From Vicinamibacterales bacterium (lineage in GTDB: Bacteria; Acidobacteriota; Vicinamibacteria; Vicinamibacterales; UBA2999): a DNA stretch of 64,000 nt. The first letter of the stretch is position 1. Every line of letters begins with the position of its first letter. A model generated the notes under the pieces. The model ran no database searches. It had not been told where the DNA came from and was given only the letters and a program-made list of their open reading frames with translations. A program made the translations under genes and the position numbers. This document shows, piece by piece, positions 1 to 9,256 of the stretch. The stretch covers positions 28,263 to 92,262 of the forward strand of contig DATDOE010000113.1 in assembly GCA_035293405.1 (NCBI GenBank), read 5' to 3'.

Positions 1-152
1 AGCCGACCGCATCCACGATTCCGGCACTCGTTGACGCCATTGCCGCGCACGTGGCCAGGGAGAAGGTGGCGAGCCCTTTGTGATCTGTGTGGCCTTTGTG
101 GCCAAGACTTTGTGAACTTCGTGGCCGAAGGGCTTCGTGGCAAGATCGGCGT

Positions 153-1151
153 ATGGCTGTCAGCACCCGCACAAAGCTGTCTCTCACCCGGCGCCCGAGG
201 CGGCTCCGCCGCACCGAAGCCATTCGGTCGCTCGTGCGCGAGACGCGACTCACACCCGACTGCTTCATCTACCCGCTGTTCGTCTGTGAAGGCCAGGGCG
301 TACGACGCGCTATCGGATCGATGCCTGGCGTGTATCAGCTGTCGGTGGACGAGGCGGTCAGGGAAGCGGCAGCGGCACAGGCCGACGGCGTGCCGGCCGT
401 GATCCTCTTCGGCCTTCCCGACGAGAAGGACCTGGAAGGCTCCGGCGCCGCCGATCCCGATGCGCCCGTGCAGTCGGCGGTCCGCGCGCTCAAGCGTGAG
501 GTCCGGGACCTCGTCGTGATGACCGATGTCTGCCTGTGCGAGTACACCTCCCACGGCCACTGCGGCATCGTCGACGGCGACGAGATCGTGAACGATGCCA
601 CGGTCGCCCAGCTCGCGCAGGCGGCGTTGTCTCATGCGGTCGCCGGCGCCGATTTCGTGGCACCGTCCGACATGATGGACGGGCGCGTCGCCGCGATCCG
701 CAAGACGCTCGACGACAAGGGCTTCGAGAACACCGGCATCCTGTCCTACGCGGCGAAGTACTGCTCGGGGTTCTACGGTCCGTTTCGTGAGGCTGCCGAC
801 TCGACGCCACAGTTCGGCGATCGGCGCAGCCACCAGATGGATCCGGCCAACGTCGAGGAAGCGCTGCGCGCGGTGGAGATCGACCTGGCGGAAGGCGCGG
901 ACATCGTGATGGTGAAACCGGCCCTCCCCTATCTCGACGTGCTGGCGAAGGTCAAAGAGCGCTTCGGTCAGCCAACCGCCGCGTATCACGTCAGCGGGGA
1001 ATACGCGATGCTCAAGGCCGCCGCCGAGCGCGGCTGGCTGGACGAGCCGCGGGTGATGATGGAGTCGCTGATCGGCATCAAGCGCGCCGGCGCCGACATG
1101 ATCGTCACCTACTATGCGCGAGAGGCTGCTCGTCTCCTCTCGCGCGTGTAA
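153..1151 (+). CDS. hemB: porphobilinogen synthase (delta-aminolevulinate dehydratase)
   Basis: ORF 87..1151. The ATG at 153 gives the N-terminus '[20 protein letters not shown]'. Cys-rich metal site '[14 protein letters not shown]' and '[12 protein letters not shown]' Lys context. hemL lies next door. Confidence 0.95.
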   Translation: MAVSTRTKLSLTRRPRRLRRTEAIRSLVRETRLTPDCFIYPLFVCEGQGVRRAIGSMPGVYQLSVDEAVREAAAAQADGVPAVILFGLPDEKDLEGSGAADPDAPVQSAVRALKREVRDLVVMTDVCLCEYTSHGHCGIVDGDEIVNDATVAQLAQAALSHAVAGADFVAPSDMMDGRVAAIRKTLDDKGFENTGILSYAAKYCSGFYGPFREAADSTPQFGDRRSHQMDPANVEEALRAVEIDLAEGADIVMVKPALPYLDVLAKVKERFGQPTAAYHVSGEYAMLKAAAERGWLDEPRVMMESLIGIKRAGADMIVTYYAREAARLLSRV

Positions 1152-1241
1152 TTCAAAATGCGAAATGCAAAATGCAGGACGCGAGGGCCTTTGACTTGTC
1201 CGCCTGCCGTTTGTTTGCATTTTGAATTTTGAATTTTGAAT
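1151..1241. repeat. heptamer-array inverted repeat, ATGCAAA flavour (4+4 units)
   Basis: Left arm: attcaaa atgcgaa atgcaaa atgcagg (1151-1178). Right arm: tttgcat tttgaat tttgaat tttgaat (1214-1241). G+C-rich 35-nt spacer. Confidence 0.9.
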
Positions 1242-1254
1242 TGACTTCCCGTCC

Positions 1255-2550
1255 ATGAAGAGACCCGTTAACTCCCAGAAGCTCTTCGCCCGCGCGAGCC
1301 AGGTGCTCCCCGGCGGCGTCGACAGCCCGGTTCGCGCATTTCAGGCCGTCGGCGGCTCGCCGCTGTTCATCAAGCGCGCGTCGGGCGCGGTCATCGACGA
1401 CGTGGACGGCAACCGGTTCATCGACTATGTGATGTCGTGGGGGCCGCTGATTCATGGGCACGCGCCGCGCTCGCTGGTCCAGGCCATCGCGGGAGCCGCC
1501 CGCCGCGGCACCAGCTTCGGTGCACCATCGCCGCTCGAGCACGAGCTCGCCGAGCGCGTGCGTGCGCTGGTGCCATCGATGGAGCGCCTTCGCTTCGTCA
1601 GCTCCGGCACCGAAGCTGCGATGAGCGCGATCCGCGTCGCCCGCGCGTTCACGCGCCGCGACCTGATCGTGAAGTTCGAGGGCTGCTACCACGGACACGC
1701 GGATGCGTTCCTGGTGAAAGCAGGGTCAGGCGCGATGACGCTCGGTGTGCCCACCAGCCCCGGTGTTCCGGCGGCCGTCGCCGCGGGCACGCTGCTCGCG
1801 CGATACAACGACCTTCGTTCTGTCGACGCGCTGATCGGCGAGCAGGCGGCGGCGATCGCCGCGATCATCGTCGAGCCCATCGCGGGCAACATCGGCGTCG
1901 TGCCGCCGGCCGACGGATTCCTCGCCGGACTGCGCGAGCGGTGTACGCGCCACGGCATCCTGCTGATCTTCGACGAGGTCATCTCAGGATTCCGCGCATC
2001 CGCGGGAGGCGCCCAGGCGGTCTTCGACGTGCGGCCGGATCTGACCTGCCTCGGGAAGATCATCGGCGGCGGCCTGCCGGTGGGCGCGTATGGGGGCCGC
2101 GCCGCGATCATGGACATGATCGCGCCCGTCGGGCCGGTGTATCAGGCCGGAACGCTGTCGGGCAACCCGGTGGCGATGACCGCCGGCCTGTGGGCGCTCA
2201 GGCGCCTGGTCCCGAAGCTGTATAAGGATCTGGCGTCACGCGGATCGTTGCTGGCCGCCGGTCTGGCGGCGGCGGCGCGCGACGCCGGCGTGGCCGTACA
2301 GGTCAATGCCTTCGGATCGATCCTGACGCCATTCTTCACCGCCGCGCCGGTGCGCGACTACCAATCGGCGCTGGCCGCCAATACGACGGCCTACGCGACG
2401 TTCTTCAGAGGCATGCTGAAGCGGGGGGTCTATCCCCCGCCGTCACAGTTTGAGGCCTGGTTTCTCTCGGCCGCGCACACCGATGCGCACATCAAGAAGA
2501 CCATCGCTGCCGCGCGCGCGGCGATGAAGGACGTGGCCAAGGAAATCTAG
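1255..2550 (+). CDS. hemL: glutamate-1-semialdehyde 2,1-aminomutase
   Basis: 431-aa class III aminotransferase. Motifs 'FDEVISGFR' and 'LGKIIGGGLPVGAYGG'. Adjacent to hemB. Confidence 0.95.
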   Translation: MKRPVNSQKLFARASQVLPGGVDSPVRAFQAVGGSPLFIKRASGAVIDDVDGNRFIDYVMSWGPLIHGHAPRSLVQAIAGAARRGTSFGAPSPLEHELAERVRALVPSMERLRFVSSGTEAAMSAIRVARAFTRRDLIVKFEGCYHGHADAFLVKAGSGAMTLGVPTSPGVPAAVAAGTLLARYNDLRSVDALIGEQAAAIAAIIVEPIAGNIGVVPPADGFLAGLRERCTRHGILLIFDEVISGFRASAGGAQAVFDVRPDLTCLGKIIGGGLPVGAYGGRAAIMDMIAPVGPVYQAGTLSGNPVAMTAGLWALRRLVPKLYKDLASRGSLLAAGLAAAARDAGVAVQVNAFGSILTPFFTAAPVRDYQSALAANTTAYATFFRGMLKRGVYPPPSQFEAWFLSAAHTDAHIKKTIAAARAAMKDVAKEI

Positions 2551-2561
2551 CCACGCGCGTC

Positions 2562-2605
2562 AACTCCCAACTCCCAAAAAGCCAACTCCCAAATGAATCG
2601 GGAGT
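2562..2605. repeat. heptamer array, AACTCCC/GGGAGTT flavour (single arm + short hairpin)
   Basis: aactccc aactccc aaaaagcc aactccc, then ...gggagt. The reverse complement matches 17726-17756 at 30 of 31 nt. Confidence 0.9.
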
Positions 2606-3559
2606 CTACCGCGGTTGAATCTGTACCGGCGAGTCGAAGCGGACGCGCAGCACCGAACCCTGCGGCAGCTCGACTTCCTTGCCTTCCGTCGCGGCGATGG
2701 TGCCGCCGCCACCGATCAGGATCCCGGCGAGGGCGCCCTTGAAGCCGCCGAGGATGCCGCCGATGATCGCGCCGACGCCCGCTCCAGTGGCGGTGCGGCC
2801 GGCCTCTCCCTTGATGCCCTCGCCCTCGATCGCCTGCGTCACCGTGGCGCGGATCGGATACGCACGTCCGTTCACCGTGACCTGATCGAAGCTGATCGTC
2901 AGCTTCGAGGTGCGATTGGTCCGGGTGCCCGCCTCGACGCCGGTGACGATGCCGCGGAGCACTGCGCCAGCGGGGATGACCACGCGATTGCTGACACTGA
3001 CGTCCACGAGCGTCGTGGCCTCGAAGCGATCCTCGACCTGCGCGGTGCCCGAGTTGATGCTGTTCTGGAGGCGCGCGTCGAGCTCGGTACCGGTGGGGAT
3101 CTCCACGGTTCCAGACGCGGCCGTCGTGGTCGCCGGCCGTGATGGTGCCGGTGTCGATGTCGATGTCGATGCGGGTGGGCGCGACGCGGCAGCAGACGAC
3201 GACACTCCGGAAGCCGGCGTGTTCGAGCTCGTCGACTCGCCTCTCGCGCGGGAGCGCACATCGTCGATGCGGTCGCGGACGTCGGCATACTCACTACGAG
3301 CGAGGGTCCGCTCCTTCCGCAGCTTCACTTTCAGGTACACCACTTCGTCGCGCAGATCATCGAGCTCGGCCTGGAGCTGACTGGCGCGCGCCACATCGCG
3401 GCTCCGGAGCTGCGTCACATCACGATCCGCCAGGTAGACGTTGTCCTGGAGCCGTTGAACGTCGGCCTGGGTCACGGTCGTGCTCTGCTGCGCCGCCACA
3501 GGCGCGGCAAGACCGGCGATGACCACGCCCGCCAGCACGATGCGATGAATCACTTTCAT
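2606..3559 (-). CDS. secreted protein of unknown function with coiled-coil, S/T/P-rich linker and C-terminal glycine-zipper
   Basis: Signal-peptide-like N-terminus 'MKVIHRIVLAGVVIAGLAAPVAAQ'. Low-complexity 'PASTSTSTPAPSRPATTTA'. C-terminal 'GVGAIIGGILGGFKGALAGILIGGGG'. No family recognised. Confidence 0.6.
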   Translation of the reverse strand: MKVIHRIVLAGVVIAGLAAPVAAQQSTTVTQADVQRLQDNVYLADRDVTQLRSRDVARASQLQAELDDLRDEVVYLKVKLRKERTLARSEYADVRDRIDDVRSRARGESTSSNTPASGVSSSAAASRPPASTSTSTPAPSRPATTTAASGTVEIPTGTELDARLQNSINSGTAQVEDRFEATTLVDVSVSNRVVIPAGAVLRGIVTGVEAGTRTNRTSKLTISFDQVTVNGRAYPIRATVTQAIEGEGIKGEAGRTATGAGVGAIIGGILGGFKGALAGILIGGGGTIAATEGKEVELPQGSVLRVRFDSPVQIQPR

Positions 3560-3581
3560 AACTGTCTCCTCGCCTGAACTG

Positions 3582-4904
3582 CTAATTGCGCCACGGCATG
3601 AAGCGCTCGATCCAATTGACGCGGGTGAGGTCGTTGTAGATGACCGTCACCATCAACATCATCAACACGACAAAGCCGGCCAGGAGCATCTTCTCCTTGA
3701 CCTGCATGCTGAAGTCCCGCCGGGCGATGCCCTCGAGCGCCATGATGAGGATATGGCCGCCGTCGAGCACCGGCACGGGCATCAGGTTGAGGATGCCCAG
3801 GTTGATGCTGAGCATGGCCATCAGGGAGAGAAGCGAGATGAACCCTTCTTGCGCGGACTCGCCTGAGAGCTGGGCGATGCCCACCGGCCCCTGCAGCTGG
3901 CGCACCGAGGTCGCACCGGTGAACAGCCCGCCGAGCGTCCTGAAGATCAGCCCCGATGACTCGATGTTCTGCTCGACACTGAGCTTGAGAGCCTCGAGCG
4001 GACCCGGCTTGAACGACTTGGTCGGCTCCGAGATGTAGAAGCCCATCATGCCCCGCGCGCCGCGCTGTTCGGGCGTACCGGTCAGGGTCAGCTCCTGCTT
4101 CTCACGACTGATCTTCAACTGAATCGACTTGCCACCGTTGCGCGAAATCGCGTCGATGAGCTGCGCCCGGGTTGCCATGCGCTCGCCGTTCACGGCCAGG
4201 ACGATGTCCCCGGCCATCAGCCCGGCACGTTCCGCGTGATCGCCTGGAATGACCGAGGTGATAAACGGATTGGAATCGGGCAACACGCCGATCTCACTGC
4301 CCTCGTACTGACCCTGCGCCACCGGCCGCACAGTCGTGCTGATGGTCTTGCCGCCTCTGAGCACCGTGAGCTCGATGTCCCGATCGGGTCGGCGAATGCC
4401 GATGCCCAGCAGGAGATCCCGCCACGTGTTCACCTCGCGTCCGGCCACCGTGAGCACCCGGTCGCCTGGCACGAGCCCGACTTTTTCTGCCGGTGAGCCC
4501 GACACGATGGCTCCAATCACCGGAGGCCCGTCCCAGTACGCCGCCCTCTGCACTCCTTGCGCGAGAACGAACGCCAGCACGACGACGGCCAGGATGATAT
4601 TCATCGCCGGGCCGGCGAACAGAATCTGGAACCGCTGCCACTTGGTTTTCGAGAGGAACTCGTCGGGCTGCCCCGACCGTGGATCCTCGGGCGTCTCTCC
4701 GGCCATCTTGACGTAGCCGCCCAGCGGGATTGCGCTGATGCAGTACTCCGTGTCGCCGCGCTTGACCTTCAGGATCTTCGGCCCGAATCCGAGCGAAAAC
4801 GTGAGGACACGTACACCGTGACGCCGAGCCGCCAGGAAGTGCCCCAACTCATGAACGAAGATGAGGACGCCAAGAACGAAGAGGAACGCGAGGAGGGTCG
4901 TCAA
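3582..4904 (-). CDS. rseP: RIP (site-2) zinc metalloprotease RseP
   Basis: 'HELGHF' zinc motif in TM1, two PDZ-like segments and 'NLMPVPVLDGGH'. Sits in the conserved dxr-rseP neighbourhood. Confidence 0.93.
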   Translation of the reverse strand: MTTLLAFLFVLGVLIFVHELGHFLAARRHGVRVLTFSLGFGPKILKVKRGDTEYCISAIPLGGYVKMAGETPEDPRSGQPDEFLSKTKWQRFQILFAGPAMNIILAVVVLAFVLAQGVQRAAYWDGPPVIGAIVSGSPAEKVGLVPGDRVLTVAGREVNTWRDLLLGIGIRRPDRDIELTVLRGGKTISTTVRPVAQGQYEGSEIGVLPDSNPFITSVIPGDHAERAGLMAGDIVLAVNGERMATRAQLIDAISRNGGKSIQLKISREKQELTLTGTPEQRGARGMMGFYISEPTKSFKPGPLEALKLSVEQNIESSGLIFRTLGGLFTGATSVRQLQGPVGIAQLSGESAQEGFISLLSLMAMLSINLGILNLMPVPVLDGGHILIMALEGIARRDFSMQVKEKMLLAGFVVLMMLMVTVIYNDLTRVNWIERFMPWRN

Positions 4905-4914
4905 TACCAGAACC

Positions 4915-6084
4915 TCAGACTGTCAATTCTAACTCGCCGGCCATTGCGCGCGCGTAGGCTCGTCCCCACGCATCGATTCGCCGGACCACGTCTATCGTTG
5001 AGACGCCTTCAACGGTGTGCGCGTTCATCGAACGCTCGATCACGGCGGGAATCGATGTAAAGCCCAGTTTGCCGTCGAGAAAAGCGTCAACGGCCACTTC
5101 ATTGGCGGCGTTGAGCACGACGGCCAGCGAGCCTCCGGTCCGCAGCGCGCGGTAGGCCAGGCCAAGACAGGGGAAGCGATCGTGGTCGGGAGGATGGAAT
5201 TCGAGGCGTCCGGCTCTGTTCAGGTCGAGGGAGGGAAGCGAACCGTCCCATCGCTCTGGATAGGAACAGGCGTACTGAATCGGCAGCCGCATGTCGGTGA
5301 CCCCGAGCTGTGCGATCACCGACCCGTCGACGAGCTCCACCATCGAGTGGACGATCGACTGCGGGTGGATGACGACCTCAATCTGATCGGCCGTGACGCC
5401 GAACAGCCAGTGTGCCTCGATGACCTCGAGGCCCTTGTTCATCAGCGTCGCGGAGTCCACCGTGATCTTGCGGCCCATCTGCCAGGTCGGATGCCGGAGC
5501 GCCTGATCGGGACCGACCTGCTCGAGCGCTGCCGCTGTGAATTCTCGAAACGGGCCGCCAGATGCGGTGAGAATCAGCCGCCGGATCTCCGCACTCGTCC
5601 GGCCGTGCAGGCATTGGTGCACGGCATTGTGCTCGCTATCGACCGGGAGGATCGCGACGCCACGCCGGCGCGCGGCGTCGGTCACGAGCGCCCCCGCCAT
5701 CACGAGCACTTCCTTGTTGGCGAGCGCGATCGTCTTTCCGGCTTCAATCGCGGCGAGCACCGCCTCGAGACCGGCCGTACCGGCCGACGCGCAGATCACC
5801 ATGTCCACCGACGGGTGGGTAGCGACGGCGATCAGCCCCTCCGCGCCGCCGGTCATTTCGGCGCGGCTGTCGGCGCCGCACGCGGCGCGAAGGCGATCGA
5901 CGCCCTCGCTCGTGGCCATGGCGACGATCTCCGGCCGATACCGCCGCACCTGCTCCGCCAGCAGCGCCGCATTGTCACCGGCGGCGAGCGCGACGACCTC
6001 GAGCCGCGTCGGATGCGCCTCGACAACGGCCAGCGCACTGCGGCCGATCGATCCGGTCGAGCCGAGGATGGCCAGGCGCTTCAC
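4915..6084 (-). CDS. dxr: 1-deoxy-D-xylulose 5-phosphate reductoisomerase
   Basis: C-terminal 389 aa of ORF 4915..6750. The GTG at 6084..6082 gives 'VKRLAILGSTGSIGRS' and overlaps the cdsA stop as GTGA. The upstream part of the ORF is out-of-frame read-through over cdsA. Confidence 0.93.
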   Translation of the reverse strand: MKRLAILGSTGSIGRSALAVVEAHPTRLEVVALAAGDNAALLAEQVRRYRPEIVAMATSEGVDRLRAACGADSRAEMTGGAEGLIAVATHPSVDMVICASAGTAGLEAVLAAIEAGKTIALANKEVLVMAGALVTDAARRRGVAILPVDSEHNAVHQCLHGRTSAEIRRLILTASGGPFREFTAAALEQVGPDQALRHPTWQMGRKITVDSATLMNKGLEVIEAHWLFGVTADQIEVVIHPQSIVHSMVELVDGSVIAQLGVTDMRLPIQYACSYPERWDGSLPSLDLNRAGRLEFHPPDHDRFPCLGLAYRALRTGGSLAVVLNAANEVAVDAFLDGKLGFTSIPAVIERSMNAHTVEGVSTIDVVRRIDAWGRAYARAMAGELELTV

Positions 6085-6839
6085 GTCAGGTTTCGTACGT
6101 AGAGGTAGAAGGGCGCGGCCGCGAACAGGAGCGCATCGATCCGATCGAGCACGCCGCCGTGTCCGGGGATGAGCGCCGAGCTGTCTTTCACTCCGGCGGT
6201 TCGCTTGAGTCGCGATTCGAACAGATCGCCACAGATGCCCAGCCCGACGACCAGCACGCCGAGCGTGATCAGCGGGCCGAATCCGGCAAAGGGCAACACT
6301 CGCGCGCCAACAACGGTCATGAACGCGGTGCCGAAAATCACACCGCCAACTGCACCCTCGATCGTCTTCTTTGGACTGATTGCCGGAGCGAGCGGATGGC
6401 GGCCGAAGAGTCGCCCGGTGTAGTACTGCATGGAGTCGCTCACGGCGACCGTGCCGATCAGGAGCAGCGTCGCCGGCCAGTGCCACTGGCTGTGCACCGC
6501 GACCAGCATACCCAGCGGCATGCCAATGTAGACAGCGGCAAAGATGCCGGTGGAAGCCTGCTGGATCGTGTGGTTGGAGATCAAGACCTCGACCGCGACC
6601 CACAACAGGCCCATCGCGAACAGCACATAACTCGACGGCATCACGCCGCCGGACGCCATCCAGCAGAGGGCGACGACGAGCACCACGGCGCGGATCGGCG
6701 AGTCCGCGATCTCCAGGTACTCGCGCGCCGCCAGCGCCGCCACGACGCATGCCAGCACGCGCAGCGCCACGACTGGAAGGAAGAGAATGGCCGCCAGCGT
6801 CACGACAGCGAGGGCGACCCCGCTGATCACGCGCGTCAT
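6081..6839 (-). CDS. cdsA: phosphatidate cytidylyltransferase
   Basis: 252-aa polytopic membrane protein with the C-terminal CDS signature 'SRLKRTAGVKDSSALIPGHGGVLDRID'. Sits between uppS and dxr. Confidence 0.9.
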   Translation of the reverse strand: MTRVISGVALAVVTLAAILFLPVVALRVLACVVAALAAREYLEIADSPIRAVVLVVALCWMASGGVMPSSYVLFAMGLLWVAVEVLISNHTIQQASTGIFAAVYIGMPLGMLVAVHSQWHWPATLLLIGTVAVSDSMQYYTGRLFGRHPLAPAISPKKTIEGAVGGVIFGTAFMTVVGARVLPFAGFGPLITLGVLVVGLGICGDLFESRLKRTAGVKDSSALIPGHGGVLDRIDALLFAAAPFYLYVRNLT

Positions 6840-6882
6840 CCCTCGACTCCGCTCGGGATGACCCCGAGTGACAATCGAGGGG

Positions 6883-7671
6883 TCATTGCGCGCCGATGAC
6901 TGCCGGTGCGCCGATGCCGCCGTACCGCCGCTCGCGCTTCTGATAGGCGAGCACCGCTTCGATCAGGTGCCGGCGGCGGAAGTCCGGCCACAGCGTGTCG
7001 GTCACGTAGATCTCGGAGTACGCGATCTGCCAGAGCAGGTAGTTGCTGACCCGCATCTCGCCGCTCGTACGAATGAGCAGATCCGGATCCGGTTGGCCCG
7101 CCGTGTAGAGGAAGCTGGCGAAGCGCTGCTCGTCGAGATCCTCGGGACGGATGCCGGCCTCGATCGCGCGGCGTGCCGCATCCACGATCTCGGCGCGGCC
7201 GCCATAGTTGAGCGCGATGTTGAAGAGCATGCCGCGGCTCGCGCTGGTGCGCTCGATGGCGACGTTCAACTCGTCCTGAATATCAGGCGGCAGTTCCTCG
7301 ATGCGGCCGATCACGCGGAACCGGATGTCATTCCGCAGAAGGGTGTTCAACTCGGACCGCAGATAGCGCTTCAGCAGCCTCATCAGCGTGCCGACCTCGG
7401 TGGCCGGCCGCTTCCAGTTTTCGATGGAGAAGGCGTAAAGCGTCAGCACGCCAATGCCGAGGCGCGCGGCCGTCTCGACCGAGTCGCGCACGGCATCGAT
7501 GCCGGCCCGATGTCCCTCGACCCTGGGCAGGTGGCGCTGTGCCGCCCAGCGGCCGTTGCCGTCCATGATGATCGCGACGTGCGCCGGCAGCCGGTCGAAG
7601 TGAATCTCGCGGGCCAGCGTTTCATCGGCGTGCCCGGGCGGAATCCACGCCAGGAGATCCTCAAGCGGCAC
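6883..7671 (-). CDS. uppS: di-trans,poly-cis-undecaprenyl-diphosphate synthase
   Basis: 'HVAIIMDGNGRWA' and 'LLIRTSGEMRVSNYLLWQIAYSE' motifs of cis-prenyltransferases. Confidence 0.93.
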   Translation of the reverse strand: MPLEDLLAWIPPGHADETLAREIHFDRLPAHVAIIMDGNGRWAAQRHLPRVEGHRAGIDAVRDSVETAARLGIGVLTLYAFSIENWKRPATEVGTLMRLLKRYLRSELNTLLRNDIRFRVIGRIEELPPDIQDELNVAIERTSASRGMLFNIALNYGGRAEIVDAARRAIEAGIRPEDLDEQRFASFLYTAGQPDPDLLIRTSGEMRVSNYLLWQIAYSEIYVTDTLWPDFRRRHLIEAVLAYQKRERRYGGIGAPAVIGAQ

Positions 7672-7697
7672 GACTCAATCCCTCATTCGACAAGCAG

Positions 7698-8435
7698 TTA
7701 ATGATAATCCACACGGACCAGGAACAGGCCCTGCGGAGGCGCCGTCCTGCCCGCCTGCGCGCGCGTCGAACCCTGCAGCAGGGCGGCCATACCGTCTGCC
7801 TGGCGGAAGCCGCGCCCAACCTCGACGAGTGTGCCCACGACCGCCCGGACCATGTGACGCAGGAACCCGTCCCCCGTGATCTCATACGCGAGACGCCCGC
7901 CTCTATCGCGCAGCTCCGACTGGGTCATCGTCCGGACCGTCCCGCTGACGTGGCTGCCCGCGCTTTGAAACGCGGCGAAGTCGTGTGCACCGGTCAGAAC
8001 GGCGGCGGCCTGCCTCATCGCGTCCACATTCAGCCGCTCCGAAATATGCCAGACAAACGCCCGTTCGAACGGGTCGGCAATCACTCCATGCCGCAGCTCG
8101 TACCGGTAGGTCTTGGAGCGCGCGCTGAAGCGCGCATGGAAGTCCGCGGCCACTTCGTCCACAGCGAGGACGCGGATGTCGTCCGGCAACTGCGCGTTGA
8201 GCCCGCGAGCGAGCGTCACGACGTCGTGACCGCAATTCAGCTGGACGCTCGCCACCTGGCCAAGCGCGTGAACCCCCGCATCAGTTCGACCAGCGCCATG
8301 CACCGTCACCGTGCCGCCCTCGAAACGCGCGAGGGCTTCTTCGAGCAGCCCCTGCACGGACTCGCCATCGGCCTGACGCTGCCAGCCGACAAACCGCGTC
8401 CCGTCGTAGGCGAGGGTGATCTTGAGAGTGCGCAT
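7698..8435 (-). CDS. truA: tRNA pseudouridine(38-40) synthase
   Basis: 'LKITLAYDGTRFVGWQRQ' and the catalytic 'HGAGRTDAGVHA'. The ATG at 8435 is preferred over the TTG at 8444. Confidence 0.92.
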   Translation of the reverse strand: MRTLKITLAYDGTRFVGWQRQADGESVQGLLEEALARFEGGTVTVHGAGRTDAGVHALGQVASVQLNCGHDVVTLARGLNAQLPDDIRVLAVDEVAADFHARFSARSKTYRYELRHGVIADPFERAFVWHISERLNVDAMRQAAAVLTGAHDFAAFQSAGSHVSGTVRTMTQSELRDRGGRLAYEITGDGFLRHMVRAVVGTLVEVGRGFRQADGMAALLQGSTRAQAGRTAPPQGLFLVRVDYH

Positions 8436-8456
8436 CGTGATCAACGCTGATATCGC

Positions 8457-8523
8457 CGTAGGGGCCGGCTTCAGCCGGCCCGTCCACCGGTCCGCCTGAA
8501 GGCGCCTGAAGGCGGACCCTACG
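8457..8523. repeat. G+C-rich REP-like element bounded by CGTAGG/CCTACG
   Basis: cgtagg, then GGCCGGC-ttca-GCCGGCC, then GGTCCGCC-tgaaggcgcctgaa-GGCGGACC, then cctacg. Confidence 0.85.
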
Positions 8524-8580
8524 ACTCGCGTGAAGCCTGCTGGGCGCAGGGTGGGTCCTCTTCCATGGACCCGCCGGCGA

Positions 8581-9159
8581 TCACGTGCGCGAACCGGGTT
8601 TCACCACGGGCTGGCCCGCGGCGCACAGCGGGCACGACTCCGGCGGGTAGGTGGGCAGGGTCACCGTCGCGAGCGAGTGATACGGTACGTCGAGCGCCTG
8701 CTGCCCGCCACTGCGATCGATAATCGAGGCCGCGCCAATCACCTGCGCGCCCGCGGCACGAGCAACCTCGATGGTCTCGCGCGTCGACTTGCCCGTGGTC
8801 ACCACGTCCTCGACGACCAGCACCTTCTCGCCGGGCGCGAGTGAGAACCCGCGACGCAGCATCAGTGTCCCGTCCTGCCTCTCCGCGAAGATGGCGCGAA
8901 CACCCAGTGCCCGGCCGACCTCCTGACCGATGACGATGCCACCGAGTGCCGGCGACAGGACGACCTGGGCACCAAGGGCGCGCACGAGGTCCGCGATCTC
9001 TGCGCCACACGCCTCCGCATCCGCCGGGTGCTGCAGGACGAGGGCACACTGCATGAAGCCCGGGCTGTGCAGCCCGGAGGTCAGCCGGAAGTGCCCTTCG
9101 AGGAGGGCCCCGACGCGTCGGAAGCGATCGAGCACAGAATCCGCAGTAACTGAAGGCAT
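8581..9159 (-). CDS. pyrE: orotate phosphoribosyltransferase
   Basis: 192 aa. PRPP loop 'KVLVVEDVVTTGKST' and C-terminal 'CPLCAAGQPVVKPGSR', typical of the short PyrE type. Confidence 0.9.
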   Translation of the reverse strand: MPSVTADSVLDRFRRVGALLEGHFRLTSGLHSPGFMQCALVLQHPADAEACGAEIADLVRALGAQVVLSPALGGIVIGQEVGRALGVRAIFAERQDGTLMLRRGFSLAPGEKVLVVEDVVTTGKSTRETIEVARAAGAQVIGAASIIDRSGGQQALDVPYHSLATVTLPTYPPESCPLCAAGQPVVKPGSRT

Positions 9160-9256
9160 CTGGGCCGAGTATACCTTTTGCAGGTTGCGAACATCTGGCC
9201 TCGGCCATTCGTCATAGACAAGGCGTAACTGACCTTAAATATTGGAGTTCGGAGAG

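Noticed and set aside
4915-6750. 611-aa ORF suggesting a very long Dxr
   Set aside because: Only the last 389 aa match Dxr. The N-terminal part overlaps cdsA out of frame. The GTG at 6084, coupled to the cdsA stop, is the credible start.
8519-9208. 229-aa ORF overlapping pyrE
   Set aside because: It is an alternative frame of the pyrE region. The pyrE frame carries the PRPP loop and conserved C-terminus.
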